From NCBI GenBank assembly GCA_026023565.1, contig JAPETS010000007.1:496001-560000 (forward strand): a stretch of 64,000 nucleotides of DNA, read 5' to 3'. The position numbers and the translations under genes are program-made. The notes beneath the pieces were generated by a model. The model was not told the origin of the DNA and ran no database searches. It saw only the letters and a list, made by a program, of their open reading frames with translations. Each line of letters opens with the position of its first letter. Positions within the stretch are counted from its first letter, which is position 1. Origin of the DNA: Cirrosporium novae-zelandiae (Eukaryota). This document shows positions 26,060 to 39,380 of this stretch, one piece after another.

Positions 26060-26662
26060 GTTGGATGATGCTGGATGATGAGAACGAGGTAGGGTTGCCC
26101 AGAGTCAGCTGATTGATATGAATTACTCAAGCTGGGGGGAAGTCGGGTCAAGAACAATGAGATTGTGCGGGGGAGGGGGAGGGGGGGGATTGTCAAATTT
26201 GACCTTGATGGTAATATCAGATTCTGAATGGGCCCCACTAAGCACAGAGCAATGCAATTGAAAGAGCGTATGCAAGGGCATAAAACGAATATCAACAAAA
26301 TTCCTAATACAGGGTGAAGGCTTGTCGTAGGCTGTGGCAGCTTGAGATTGTTTGCAGGAGAGTAGTGATAGATTCAACTCTCAAGGACTGTCGAGTACTC
26401 ATGATCATCAGCCTCGGGAGCCAGTTGACGCTGATGGGGGGTTCTCACTTGCAAACGTGTGGCATTCGTGGTGCCCAAGTTTCTCCAAGTTTGAAGTTAA
26501 CTAGATACAAACTACGACTACAGCGAGTGCTACGATCGTCAGTTTGTTCGCTTAACACATACCACCCTTACGGTAAAGTATACAGGCACGTGCAATATTA
26601 CATACAGCATAGATGCCTAAGGTGTTGATTTTAATTATCTATTTATAATTTAGACTATCTAG

Positions 26663-29600
26663 TTATGTACTCTGCCTTTTCTTCATGTACTCTTCCACCT
26701 CGTGATATGTCGGCCACCCACCCCAGCTTTTTTGATTCTTGATCAATTCCTGAATTTTTAGCATCACCTCCTTATGAATAGGAGTCCCTTGGTCATCGCA
26801 TTGCTCCAGAAATATCCTTATACATGTCAAAGTCCTTCTCATAAGTCTATCTCCATTGGCATATTGCTTCCGCTCTTTTTCAAGCTCCTTATCATGAATG
26901 CACATCCATTTAATGAGATCTACCAGAGTCTCGTAATCGTTGGCTGACTGCAGAACCTGTATGAACACATGTAGGTGAGCTGGGTGAGGGATAGCCAACA
27001 GCCATGGAAGCTCAGTCGAAGAGTTATGGGCATTTGACTGAGCAGAATCTGTAATCACTGGTTCACCTTGGCCAAACCTGGATCCGACTAGTCTATTGAA
27101 TATCACCAGTATGTCCTCCATACTAGGAGTAGCATCAGCACCCCAACTTGAAAGCTGTTTATACCACTTGCTCTCATGCTGTGGATCCTCCTTATAAGCA
27201 TGCTTGAGGCCTTGGACCCTTTTTAAGAAACATTCGCATACATTACTGAATAATTCAAAGTTGAGGTGCACCCCAGCTGCTATCATGCAATTTACGACTT
27301 TGACCGTGATTGTCCAAGATGCAATGTCCTGAAAAGTTGTATTCTGTTGATGCAGGTGAGGGCATATCACCCTCCCTGGCTGCTTTAAGGCATGCAGTAT
27401 ATGATTCCAGTCTTTCCCGCCCGTCGACTGTCGCAGCCTTGTGAGGTGGATAGCATGGAAAAGAGGATTGTTGATTGGAGAACGACGCCGTGCCCATTGA
27501 ACCCAAGAGAAAGCGGTAGGGGCTGAGGTACAGAGTACCCTAATCCACTGACAGAATATTTTCTCGGGTATGTTCTTTACATTGCTTGTAACAGATACAT
27601 CGGTACACGACAAAACGTCAATTACCTCTCTAGGTAATGTACTGGATTCTAGATACCGAAAACCTTCATTTAGGGTTTCAGTATATCGAAAAAAGCCACC
27701 CAAAATTTCCTCTGTTGGTCGGAGTCCGATTTCCATCATCTGGTTGAAGAAATTATCAACCGATGGAGGTGGACTCCGCGGGTACACAGCTTCCTGAGGA
27801 TCCGAAGACTGAACAAAGAGCTCCTTCCTATCTCCTGGGAGAACATTGGTGCGGTGTGTTACAATATTAGAACCAATAAATTCAACCCTTTGACGCTTTC
27901 GTTCTAGTGCAAGTTTTTCAAAAATTGAAAAATAAACGTTTAAAGAAGGAGGAAGGGAAGAATCTTTATAGGCCAAGAAGCAAGCCCAGGCTTCCTGTAT
28001 TGTTCTTGTAGCCTTAATACGAGCTACCCAGGAATGCGTATTATCCAGCACAGCACCAGAACTTGGCTTATCCTTAACAGAAAAGCGCCTCATAATCGTG
28101 CGAGTCTGGATAGTAGGACTTCTGTCAGTATCCCAGCCAGCAAAAATATTTGCCTCTTTCTCCCAGGCAGTATGAGTGTATCCGGAATTCATCATCTGTG
28201 CCAATGTTTTCGTAGCTCGGCTCAATCCCATTTCTTGTGATATCCTTTCGGAGTCAATTCCTAGTTTGTCCTCCCTCCAAGGAGGCCATGATTTTGCTTT
28301 CATCTCAGCTCGTTGCCGTTCCTCCGGACTCTTTTTATCAGCAAGCTGGACACTTGCAATCGCACGGTAGGCCTCTCGGCTAACGACCAATAGAATTCCT
28401 AACTCTTTTGAGATGTGATCCATTGTTCTCAAGATATGGAATTGCGCTTGTTGGCGATATGTTGCATGTGCAAAAGGATGTTCAGAGGACGGTAAGGACA
28501 ATAAACGAATCATTCGACAGAACATGAAATTCAGATTCTTTAACGTCGGTGTGCTTAATTTATGGTGTTCTCCAGAAGCTTGCCACAGCAGGTTTTGAGA
28601 AACAGCGCGACAAAACATTGATGCAATCCAAGGAAGAGCTTCTGGCCAAATACGTCGAGCATGGCGCATGAGTCGTATTACTATCACTGCTATTGTTGTA
28701 GGGTCAATGGTTGATGGGTGTAAGGGAGAAGCCGGAAATAACCTATCGCGAGTATAGCTATATGTTTCGGAAGCTGGAAGCATTTTTGATTCGCATACTG
28801 GTTCCAAAAAACTAGAAGCATATTCCGTTAGGATTTTCAATGCATGTACATTAATATCCTTTCTTCGGAGTAGAAACCCGAATATTGATGTTGGGACTCT
28901 GGTTCTTTGGCAAGCAGGAGCCCTGCAAGAGATTGATACAAGCCTTTGCGCAGCTTCTTCGGCGGTATCGGAAAGAATCATCGATGCCCAAGGCATTACA
29001 TCGAGTATATCTAGACCTAGTCTTCGTAGGTATTCCTTGTTCTCCTCTCCATAGGCATTTTGCAGCGCACCATTAAGGTCCAAATCTGGAGACGCACGTT
29101 TCAGTTTTTTTTTTGATAAGAAAGGTTGGACAAATCGAATATGATCTGCCAATATAGTAAGAGAGGACCTTCTACAAGGTAGTGCCAACTGCCTAGAAGG
29201 AAAATAAACGCTCTTCGTAATAGTAGTTGTTGATGAAATATCTGTTGTTAAATTGAGAGGAAGTTGGCTTGGGTCAAACCGAGAGAGATCTCTCTTGTTT
29301 AGTTTAACTTCCCGGTAGGGGACGGCGGCTTGGCTTTGTATATCCTCCAGCGCCGCAATTAAATACTCAGATGGTGTCACTGTCTTCGTTCTATCTCCTC
29401 TAAAGCTCCCACCTTTGCCTACCCGGACCTTGTCAAAGTTATGTATTGTAGGAGAGGCCCCAGCGGGAACATTTTCTGCGAGGTTCTTTCGTTGGCTATC
29501 AGTGGCGGTTGGCATGATGCCACCGTGATTTGATCCACAGCTAGGAAATTCTCCATTGCAACGACTCCCTGAGGAATAAAGCCTTGGTGGCTGTGACGTG

Positions 29601-29798
29601 GGTCTCAGGTTGAAACGTTTGGAAGGGCCCTTGGCTGTGATGGATTCCTAGAAATATCTTAATTTATATGCTCAAGAGATGGAGTAAATGATTAATACTT
29701 ACTTGAAAATATTGAACAGCTGGAAGAAAATAAAGAGTGGTTGGAGATATTCTCTCCAGCGTGGAGCCGAAAGTTGTAAAGAATATAGACCGGGGCAT
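26663..29798 (-). CDS. Large conserved-type hypothetical protein, possibly mitochondrial and helical-repeat (PPR-like)
   Basis: 950-aa ORF extends upstream in frame through a phase-0 GTAAGT..CTAG intron (29702-29648) to an ATG at 29798 (MPRSIFFTTFGSTLERISP...). Function is a guess. Confidence 0.7.
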
Positions 29799-30735
29799 TC
29801 ATCGATCCATATCAATTGAATCGAAGAAACAAAATGGTAGAATATTTATTTGAACAAGAGTGGGGATTGGGATAAAAGGTGGGGGGGGTTAGACTACCTC
29901 ACTTTATCAAATTTGAAGCTTCTGCAATAAGAAAAAAAAATTAAATCATTTACAAGTATATGTAAGTATACAAATACACATGTAAACGGAAACAGACGGG
30001 AAATGTTCTACCTCAGTACATAGAAGCACCTTAATAATTATGACCTTGGAAGCATTCTGGCGCAACAAGCTACTTAGAACCCTGTAGCGTAAGCGAAAAA
30101 AACGATATCACGTGATGCTTCCATAGAATGCCACGGCTAATTCCATCTAACTTTACAGCCCATCTGGCCTGGCTACGCATGACTGCCCCCCCGAAAGTCC
30201 CCCCCCATGTCCCTTGTCTTTTCCAATCCCACTGCAAATTTTGACATCGATGAAAATTCTACCATATTGAATATCAAACTACTCTTAGACTTAAGATTTT
30301 ATTTTATGTTTCAGAATTAAAATTTGTTCAGGTTAAGCTGTTATTCACGTTCTCGGCGCGACAACTTCCTCTCCTTGCCTCAACTTTTCGCGAATGAACT
30401 ATCCAAACCAATCGAAGGATCCCCGGATACCCTAACTGTTCACGTTCAACTTCACGTTCAACGCCCAACTCAGCCTAAAGAGCTAAATCTCCATACTGTC
30501 TACAGATAACAATCTTTCTGTATTGAATGTTATCTCTCCCTAGGCTAGTATCATCTTTATTGATTTGACTAGTGAGTGGAGGAGAAGTGAGAGAGCAACT
30601 CTCGACACTTCAAGCTAAAAGGGTTAACAGTTGCGATAGAATCCCGGGTCGCGAAGAATCTATTTCGCGAGTACCAACCATCATTCTGGATTCGCAAAGA
30701 ACATTAAACGCGCGACATCACCTTTCCCTACCACG

Positions 30736-33442
30736 ATGTCTGCGCTGAACGGGATATTACCCTCCTTCCCAAATTCTCTTACAAATTCTCTTCAACGTTC
30801 CGAATCAACCGCATCTCTACCCACCCCAGGAAAGCGGAAACGCGAACCAAGTATTGAAAACATCTCACCGAATGGTGTTGCTACCGATGCGAATAAGGCT
30901 AATAGCGTCGATGACATAAAGCTCAATCAGTTCTTGAAGGATGTCTTGATAGTTTTAGAGAGGTAATTCATTCTCACTTAAGGCTGAGTACAAGTTTAAC
31001 AGCATATTATTTTCTGATAGCTATGATCCTACTTCCCTTATCCTGAACTATGCACTCCCGTTAGAAAATGTCGAAGAGCCTGAGACAAAGCGCGCAAAGC
31101 TCTCAAATGCGCCAACAGATCCTACCATTCGAACCCGCATAAACGCAGAAGAATACCAGTCATTGGCGCAACTGAGATTCGATACGGAGAGGGTTGTTCT
31201 TACTGTGATAGAGAGCCTGACAAAAGATGTTAATGGCCATCGTCATTCATCCCTTTCATCAGAAGCACAGGAGAAGGTCTCCACAGCTTTGGCTTTCAAA
31301 GAAGCCTTGATCAAGCTTGCTTCTCGAGAGGCAGTAGAATGCTCCTTAAAAACAGAAAAGGGAGAAGAAGAACATGTTCTAGGGCAAATACCCGATCATG
31401 ATGCAAAAATTATTGATCAACAAGGTCGGACGGTATTGACAATTTATGGAAACGCCCCAAGTGCACGGCAACTCTTTTCCAGTTTGCAGAGGCCTACTAA
31501 GGTCCGGCCAAAGGATGGATCTCTTTTGGATTCAGTTGAGATATACACCCCTTTGCGGGAGACTGGATTGCCACCGCAAATCTCAGTTACTAAAGTTCTC
31601 CCGGGCCAGCCTTTGGATGGCGAGGAGAAAGCAGCCAAACCTACATTCAAGGATCTTTTTGCCCCTCCATCTACCCTTCCGCAATTGACTCCACCACAAC
31701 CGTCAAAGCATACTACAACTCGGAGCCAATCCGTGAATTGGTATAACCCTAAGGACTTAGATGAACGGCTAGAAACACCCTATATACCTAAAACAGGTCG
31801 ATCTGACAAAGCCTTTTATTGGTCCCAGTCGCATCCTACAACACAGTGGTTAGGATATAATGTTGCGCCATCAACCGATCAACTCTCATCTCCACAAGTC
31901 AAGCGAAAACAGAGAGACCGTGCTTTAAGCATTGGTGATGGAAAACCAGCGGTGTCAGATGAGATACTAACAGCCCAGAAGCAACTGAAAGAAGATGCCC
32001 TGTTTCGAAGTGCATATTCGAGTTTTGCCCCTACAGTTGACTCAACTTCAGCGCTCGTATCCAACCAATCTAAAGATGCTCTTTGGTGGAGGAAAACGGG
32101 ATATGGGCGCTTTAGGAATCTATTTCCACCAGAGGTCTGGGTAGTAGACGATATCTCTGAACACGATCAGTTACCGAAGCACGATATTGAGGAGGAAATG
32201 CTATTTGAGGAAGCAGTTAACTCATTTAGTGGTGGGCCCCAGGGAATTTCAGACGCTATCCCAGAAAAGTCTATCGGTTTGAATGATAAAGATGCGGATG
32301 ATATTTTGAACGATATCTCGGAACTCCTTGGGCAATTACATTCATATCAGCGTATTCGACATGCATCTCTAAGTTCAAACTCGCTCACTAGCGTCGGTCA
32401 GAATCAACAACGGGATCCCTTGACATATGACCCATCCATGCCTTCTACGGCGGAGTTCGACATATATGACATGCTGAAACTTCAGCTAGTGACAATAATC
32501 AGTTCCCTACCTCCATACGCTATTGCAAAACTTAACGGTGATCAACTCTCTGACCTCAATATAAGTGCCAACGTGGCCCATGAAATTCAAAATTACAGAG
32601 GTACAATGGAGGAGGACGAATGGACTGCTAGATTAAAACAGACAGCTACTGGAACATCCGGGGTGCCACGTACTAGTACTGCAAGTTTGAACCCACGGCC
32701 AAGTCTGTCAGCTACTAGTCAATATGGCCACCGTACAAGCTATACGAACCAGAACCAGACATCAAGAGCTACCACAAATACTGCCAACTATCCATCGCAA
32801 TATTATGGTCCTCGGGGATCTTCCAACCAGCAATACTCGACTCCGCAATTTCAACGGTCGACTTCAGCAACAGCATACAATAGTGGATATCCCCAGTCTG
32901 GCCAAACACAATATCCTCAAAATGGAAACGCGGGATATTTTCAGCGCGCCGCTCAGAATGGGTATACGCCCGGGCACAATTATTCTCAGCCGCAGCTTCA
33001 AGCTTCGCCGTATACTCAAAGGCCTAGTCAGCCTGGGTACCAGCAGCGGGCTCAGAACAGCTACCAGCATGCATTAGCTACAGCTACTGGGCGTAGTGCT
33101 TCTCCTATGAAACAAGCGGCCTACACGCCACAGCCGACACCCTCAAGGCAGGCTGGTGGATATGCTCCTCCTACGCCTACAGCAAATATGCAGTCTTATG
33201 TCTCTAATGGTTCGCAGTCAGCTCAGTATAGCTCGTACGCAGCTCAAACTCCCACACCTGTGACAGCTCCAGGAAATTCTAGCGGACAATACCAGGTGAC
33301 TACGAATCAAGCAGTCATGATAATGCATACCAAATCACAACCGGGACATGGACAAACTTCAGGGGCGTCTCAGCCTCCAAATGGGGTTTATAGTACGGCG
33401 ACGCCGACACAAGTGAGTGGAATAGCAAGCGAAAATCGATAA
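30736..33442 (+). CDS. Nuclear hypothetical protein with BRD7/Rsc58-like motifs and a Q/S/Y/P-rich C-terminal IDR (1 intron)
   Basis: Exon 30736-30962 (PGKRKRE NLS) spliced to 31021 onward; YSSFAPTVDST and ISELLGQLHSYQRIR..PS.AE..LPPYAI motifs. Confidence 0.8.
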
Positions 33443-34326
33443 GTAGGGGGGCTATGGGCATGTTTTGGCGTTGATTGGAGATTCTATCGAGATTTAATTG
33501 GATGAGAGTTAAGGGGGAGGTTTTGAGAAGAGAGGGAAGATTCGGCGGGACATGGAGGAAAGGGTGTTTGTGCAGAAGGAAAAATGGGGTGTTTGACGGT
33601 CGGGGGAGAAGGGTATTCCCAAAGTAGAATGGCAGCAACTGTACACAGTATTCAAAACAATGCCGGCACTCATGGTCGTATAATTTTTCATGATGACATA
33701 TTCTAGGGCATAGGACCTAGATCAGTGATAATAGGGAGAGGGGTGGGGTTGAGAAATTCTTCATAATTATCAATTGTATACTATGTGTGTGCTTGTACAT
33801 TAGTATCAAACGATAAGATATTGCAGTATCGTGGAATACTTGGCACGATCAGATGCTTTTTCTCTCTCTATTATTTTCTTTTCGTCGTTTTGTGGTATTA
33901 TTCGTTGCCTTGAGAGTTAGGTGTCAGGATTGAAAAGTCAATTGAGAGGCATGAGAGGTTAGGTTGAGACAAGGGAAGGCATGGAGGCATGATAGGCCGA
34001 GGGAAGGGGGCGTTAATGGGCCAAAAAGGCCCCCTCGGCCGCTCGGGCGTTACTGATGGGGTCCGAGAAATCCCTTTGGGCAGCCAACACATCGTCCAAC
34101 TACTGTATCTATGGCCCAATTGACAGTTGACCTGCAACACAACCCACACAAGGAATTTCCATGCGAGACATGCTGAGAATTATGAAAAGATGAATGGAGA
34201 GTTCCAGAGTTACAGAGTTACAGACTGACAAGATCGGGCACCTTTACTTACCATACACACACAGAGAAGACCCTCCCCCGCCCCTTAGTCCTCTTGCCCT
34301 TCTCCCCCCCCCAGCTAGAAATGCTT

Positions 34327-34366
34327 ATCCTTCCATCTTCTTCATCTTCTTCATCTTCTTCATCTT
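34327..34366. repeat. Short (CATCTTCTT)n tandem repeat in a pyrimidine-rich leader
   Basis: catcttcttcatcttcttcatcttcttcatctt. Confidence 0.8.
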
Positions 34367-34914
34367 GATACCTTCCCTGCCTCATCTTTCTTTCTTTCCT
34401 TCTTTCTTTCTTCTTTTCTTTTCCTACTCCTTTTTACCTGATACTAAAAGAATCATTTTCCTTAGGATTCCGCGTCTTTCCATTTCCTTCAATTCAACAA
34501 AGTGGCGCCATACCCTTTTTGCATCATTCAACGAACTGACGGTGAGAGGAATCAGCAACAGCGTGTGTGCATGTGTTGGCTCAGCTACAAACTAGAAGAT
34601 CGAGATTGGAAATCTCAACTCAACCCTATACTCTCAACCTCTTGTATCGTGTACTCCATGATCGATTCAATTCAGGGAAAACCAAGTTAGATTAGGTATT
34701 CTCAAGGAAAACGTTACACCAAACCTCCAACTCGTCATCTTGCGTCGCACCAGACCTTGTTGGTCTTGGCTTCCTTATCCTTCTTGTCTTCCACAACGCT
34801 GGCGTTCAGCTGACATCCCATCACCCAATTTAAAGATTAAAGATAGCCGACTCCATCTTCCTCCTACTCTGCCTTACCTTCCCAAGACTCGCTAGACATC
34901 TCATCAATGGCCCA

Positions 34915-36705
34915 ATGGCCTCGTCTACCCACAGGCCACGCTACGTGCGCACCCGCAGTGGCAGCCGTGTAGAATCGCACCCCAACCCAAGCAAGCCGCC
35001 AACTGCTCCTATCGCGTCTCCTTCCATGATATCGCTTCTCTCCTCCTACAGCAAAGTCTCTGGCCAATCTAGCTCCAGCGGCTCCACAATTACTCAAGAG
35101 TCGATTACAAGGTCCAAGTTAAGAAGGGCATCAAAAAGTTCAAATTCCAGTTCATCAGGGTCGGGAAAAGAACATCACAGTCACAAAAAAAGGGAAAGAG
35201 AAGGGAGAAAACGAGATAGAAGGGATAAATCTATTAAGGATCACTCTCTCGCTGTCAAACCAGTGAAGGCTGATACAATGCCGGAAACCGTGCCTGATGT
35301 CTTCCAATTCCTGGAACCCCCTTCACCCCCACATAGCCCACCACTGCAAACGCCAACGTTCAAAATGGAATCCCCTCCATCACCCATCCTTGAAAACCCT
35401 GGCACTCCCGATAGTGGAATAACGGAGAGCATGAGTTCATCTATCAGCTTCCACTCTGACTCGGGGATCTCTATTCAATCTAATAGCCCTGAGCGCTGTC
35501 AATGTGACGAAGGCTCCCCATTATCGTCGAGTATGGGTACGCCAGAAGTCATGTCCAAAGCCAGAATCGTTTCGGATCCATTGATAGTGAGTTTAGACCG
35601 CCATCAGCAAACACCGCCATCATCAACACCTACCTCGGGTAATAGACAGCGTTTTGATGAAAGTAATTACATGTCTTCACCCTCTCCATTGACACGTGCT
35701 CCCATCCCCCCATCGATAATGGGGGCGCATGAAGGATATCAAATGGATTTACCTCCAGAGGCATACTATATTCCCTATCCCTACCACCAGCCTTTCGCCC
35801 CTCCTCCTATTCCGCCACCCCCCCCTCCTCCCCAATTTGACCCCCGGCCATTCCACTTCCCCCCACAATATCTTCCGCAACCGCTACCCGTCCTACCAGC
35901 ATCAGTACAGTATCCACCCTCGGAATATAGCTGCTCGGACGGGGAATCCTCAGACGATGAATACGACCCCCAGTCTACATCTCTCCTCTACTCGCATATT
36001 GCCCATACGTTTTCTAGCTCCGATGCTCACCGACCAATCCCTTTATACCGGAAATTCTCCTGCCTTAATCACCGGCTCTTGTTGCATCTCCAATCGGAAC
36101 TCGGCAATCTCGAATTGGAACTCGATGCACTAGATAACCAATCCTCGATTCACTATTCGGAATTCCACCACCGCCGTCTTGACCTTATGAGCCAAATATT
36201 CTCGAAAACGCAACAGTACAACCGTGCCCTAACCTCATTCCACTCAATAATGAAAGATTTTGAACCCACAAAAGCAGGTGATTTACATCGGTATCGGAGA
36301 TGGGTGGACAGTCATGTTCAGCCAACGCCGGCCACAAAAGCAGGTTTTGATTTTTTGAGGCATCCCTCAGACCTCCTACCCTTTGACACACAGACTTGTT
36401 CATGCTCTACAACATCAGGTGTCTCATGGAATCGGCTTATTCCTCCCAGTCTGACAAGGCTTGATGCAGCTGCCACACTCCTTACAATGATTGTCTTATT
36501 GCTTGCCGTCATTCTACCGATTCTAGCATTTTCTAGTATTTCAACCATTGTTGGTCGATTGATATTAGTTATGCTTGTGGCGGGATCTGCAATTGTGTTC
36601 TTGAGTCCCAGTCGGATCAGCGAAGTGGTAGGGAAAGATGAAGTGGCTGGCGTGGGGATGATTTATGCGGGCTTGATGGTTGGACTTGCGATGTTTATGA
36701 GATGA
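34915..36705 (+). CDS. DUF6594-domain protein (S/P-rich N-terminus, C-terminal TM helices)
   Basis: LYRKFSCLNHRLLLHLQSELGNLE.ELD.LD, Y..AL and DL motifs followed by three hydrophobic helices. Confidence 0.8.
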   Translation: MASSTHRPRYVRTRSGSRVESHPNPSKPPTAPIASPSMISLLSSYSKVSGQSSSSGSTITQESITRSKLRRASKSSNSSSSGSGKEHHSHKKREREGRKRDRRDKSIKDHSLAVKPVKADTMPETVPDVFQFLEPPSPPHSPPLQTPTFKMESPPSPILENPGTPDSGITESMSSSISFHSDSGISIQSNSPERCQCDEGSPLSSSMGTPEVMSKARIVSDPLIVSLDRHQQTPPSSTPTSGNRQRFDESNYMSSPSPLTRAPIPPSIMGAHEGYQMDLPPEAYYIPYPYHQPFAPPPIPPPPPPPQFDPRPFHFPPQYLPQPLPVLPASVQYPPSEYSCSDGESSDDEYDPQSTSLLYSHIAHTFSSSDAHRPIPLYRKFSCLNHRLLLHLQSELGNLELELDALDNQSSIHYSEFHHRRLDLMSQIFSKTQQYNRALTSFHSIMKDFEPTKAGDLHRYRRWVDSHVQPTPATKAGFDFLRHPSDLLPFDTQTCSCSTTSGVSWNRLIPPSLTRLDAAATLLTMIVLLLAVILPILAFSSISTIVGRLILVMLVAGSAIVFLSPSRISEVVGKDEVAGVGMIYAGLMVGLAMFMR

Positions 36706-37573
36706 TGGGTAGAAAAGGATAGAGGGATAGGTAAAACGGGCAAACAGGATTGGGGAGGAGAACGGGATTAAAAGGTTCAAAAAGGGAGACAAGGAAAAGG
36801 TAGGGGCAATTAATAGTCTATATGATAGTGTGTATTTGGTAATGAATAATGGCTTAATGAGAATATGGTACTCTGATATTGTATTATGATACTATACCAC
36901 TGTAGTCGGAGAGGATCCATGGTTGAATCATGGTTCCATCGGGGGTTCCTATCGCTGGCTCTAACCGGATTAGAATATTTACATAACCAAATCCTACCAT
37001 CTCTCTTCCACCTGCGCTTAGGGATATGCGCCGGCTGTACCTGAACTTAGAGGTCTAGTCTCTACAATTATCAATCCCTAAAGGCAACTGCAGGCTTCAA
37101 AATTTCCAAAACCCCACCAAAGAAAAGTTAGCGGTGAGAAGTAAAATGTACTTTAATACCATTGGATTGCCTATAAATACCTGCCGAAATCCCCTCCGTC
37201 CTAGAGGAATCAGAAGAACCCAGAAAACAGAGACAAGAGCTGAGACAAAGAAAGACAGAGAGAAAGAACGCAAAAAAGACAAAAAAGATCAAAAAAGACT
37301 AATAAGAAGCATCCAAAGCATTTTCGCCCCCGAGCCTTTGAAAGACAAACTCTCCTGTCAACTCCTGTCAACTACTATCTATCCTATTATCCTATATCTT
37401 CTTGGCCTGATCTCTCTCTTCTCTTACTCGGCATCTCTTGTTCCTCTCCCCTTTCTCCTGATATTGTTTAAACTATTCTCTTCACCTGTGGTCTCTTCTC
37501 AGTGTCCAGTCATTCAAACAACATCGTATTCCATCCCACTCGTACTTAATCTATCTTCCTTCAAGCCATCAAA

Positions 37574-38811
37574 ATGACTGCACCATCAACAATTCCCCAA
37601 AAGTTTCTTGCGCGCCCCTCTGATCTAGGCGTCGTCGCCGTCGACTTCTCAGGTGGCCAGGTAAGGATATCTCTCCCACCACCATACCTATATCTTATCA
37701 ACATCGCCAACCATTCTCACACAGTGCAAACCCGGTGTCGATGCTGCTCCCCAAGCCCTCATCTCATCGGGTCTCTTGTCCCAACTCTCTGAAGACCTCG
37801 GCTACACCATTAATCATGACCAAACTGTGCACTCCTACTCTTCTATTATCCCCGCCGAAGACCCTCCGCATCGCAACATGAAGAACCCGCGTGCCGTCTC
37901 TGCCGTCACGAAACAACTATGTAAGCAGGTGTATGAGCACGCGCGCGAAGGCCGCATGGTGCTCACCCTCGGCGGTGATCATAGCATTGCTATCGGCACG
38001 ATTGCAGGGACAGCGCAGGCCACAAGGGAGAGACTGGGTAAGGATATTGCGGTCGTGTGGGTAGATGCGCATGCGGATATCAATACACCGGAGTCGTCTG
38101 GCAGTGGGAACATTCATGGGATGCCCGTCTCCTTCCTTACAGGATTGGCAGAAGAGGAAGATGAGAGTATGTTTGGATGGTTGAAGGAGGAGCAGAAGAT
38201 TAGCGTGGGTAAATTAGTATACATCGGACTTCGAGACGTGGACAGAGGAGAGAAGAAAATCCTGAGGCAGAATGGCATTAAGGCATTTAGCATGCATGAT
38301 ATTGATCGGTACGTCTTTCCCTTCCTTCCTTTCCTTCTCATCCCCGCCTACAACCAACCCACGCCCTCCTGTGTCATCTCGCTAGATCCTAACTATCTCC
38401 CATAGCCACGGCATTGGCTATGTCGTTTCGCAAGCCCTCTCCCACATTGGCTCTAACACCCCTATCCACCTCTCTTTTGACGTCGATGCCCTAGACCCCC
38501 AATGGGCTCCCAGTACCGGTACCCCCGTCCGCGGCGGTCTTACATTGAGAGAAGGCGACTTCATCGCTGAGTGTGTGCACGAAACTGGCCAGCTGATCGC
38601 GATGGACCTCGTGGAAGTAAACCCAAGCTTAGAGGCTATGGGGGCACAGGAAACTATCCGGGCGGGATGCAGTCTTGTAAGGTGAGTTTGTGGTTCCGCC
38701 ATATCCATTGTACCAATTTTCTCCAAGTTCGAAGTTAAAAAAAACCCACTCGTTTGGCTAACAGATTTATTTTTTTACAAAAGGTGCGCTTTGGGTGATA
38801 CCTTGCTATAG
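37574..38811 (+). CDS. CAR1: Arginase (3 introns)
   Basis: GGDHSIAIG, WVDAHADINTP, SGNIHGMP, IGLRDVD and HLSFDVDALDP..APSTGTPVRGGL motifs; ends RCALGDTLL*. Confidence 0.97.
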
Positions 38812-39380
38812 ATGCATGTCTTTTCAGCAAACGGAATAGCTGAATACACCAACAAACACAGGATGGGTCATACACCCCATGTACAAACAACCGAACTGAA
38901 TACGAATTACGGCGTGGGGTGGATGGATGAATGATTAGAAAAATATCCCCCCAATCATGTATCTTTCTTAGTCTTTTGATGTCCCCTGTATTCCTAGGAT
39001 TTGTATCGTTTCTATTTCTTCAATGAAGTAGAAAACCGCATCAAGAGAGACAGGAGAGAGAGCGTGAATCCCAAAACGCGATTGATTGATTAATAGTGCA
39101 TATACTTTCTCTCTATACTGTATTTATGAACTAGGCTATTTTCGCAATATATTATCCTCCAGCCTTAGATCAATCCCGAATACCGGAGAGAATGAGAGAG
39201 CGGGTAGGTTAATTATCTTTTACAATAGATAAGACCGGATTTAAGCCATAATATTTATATATGCTTCCCGGATTCCATAATCTAAGTTTGCAAAATTCTA
39301 GTATAAATATCCTAGATTTTAATACACTTGACCTATATAGATATGTGTGTGCATGTATACCTAGCAACAAATCTATTTGG

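Noticed and set aside
34194..34595. Phe-rich 133-aa ORF (also 37134-37577)
   Set aside because: Translation artefacts of low-complexity pyrimidine or purine leader tracts.
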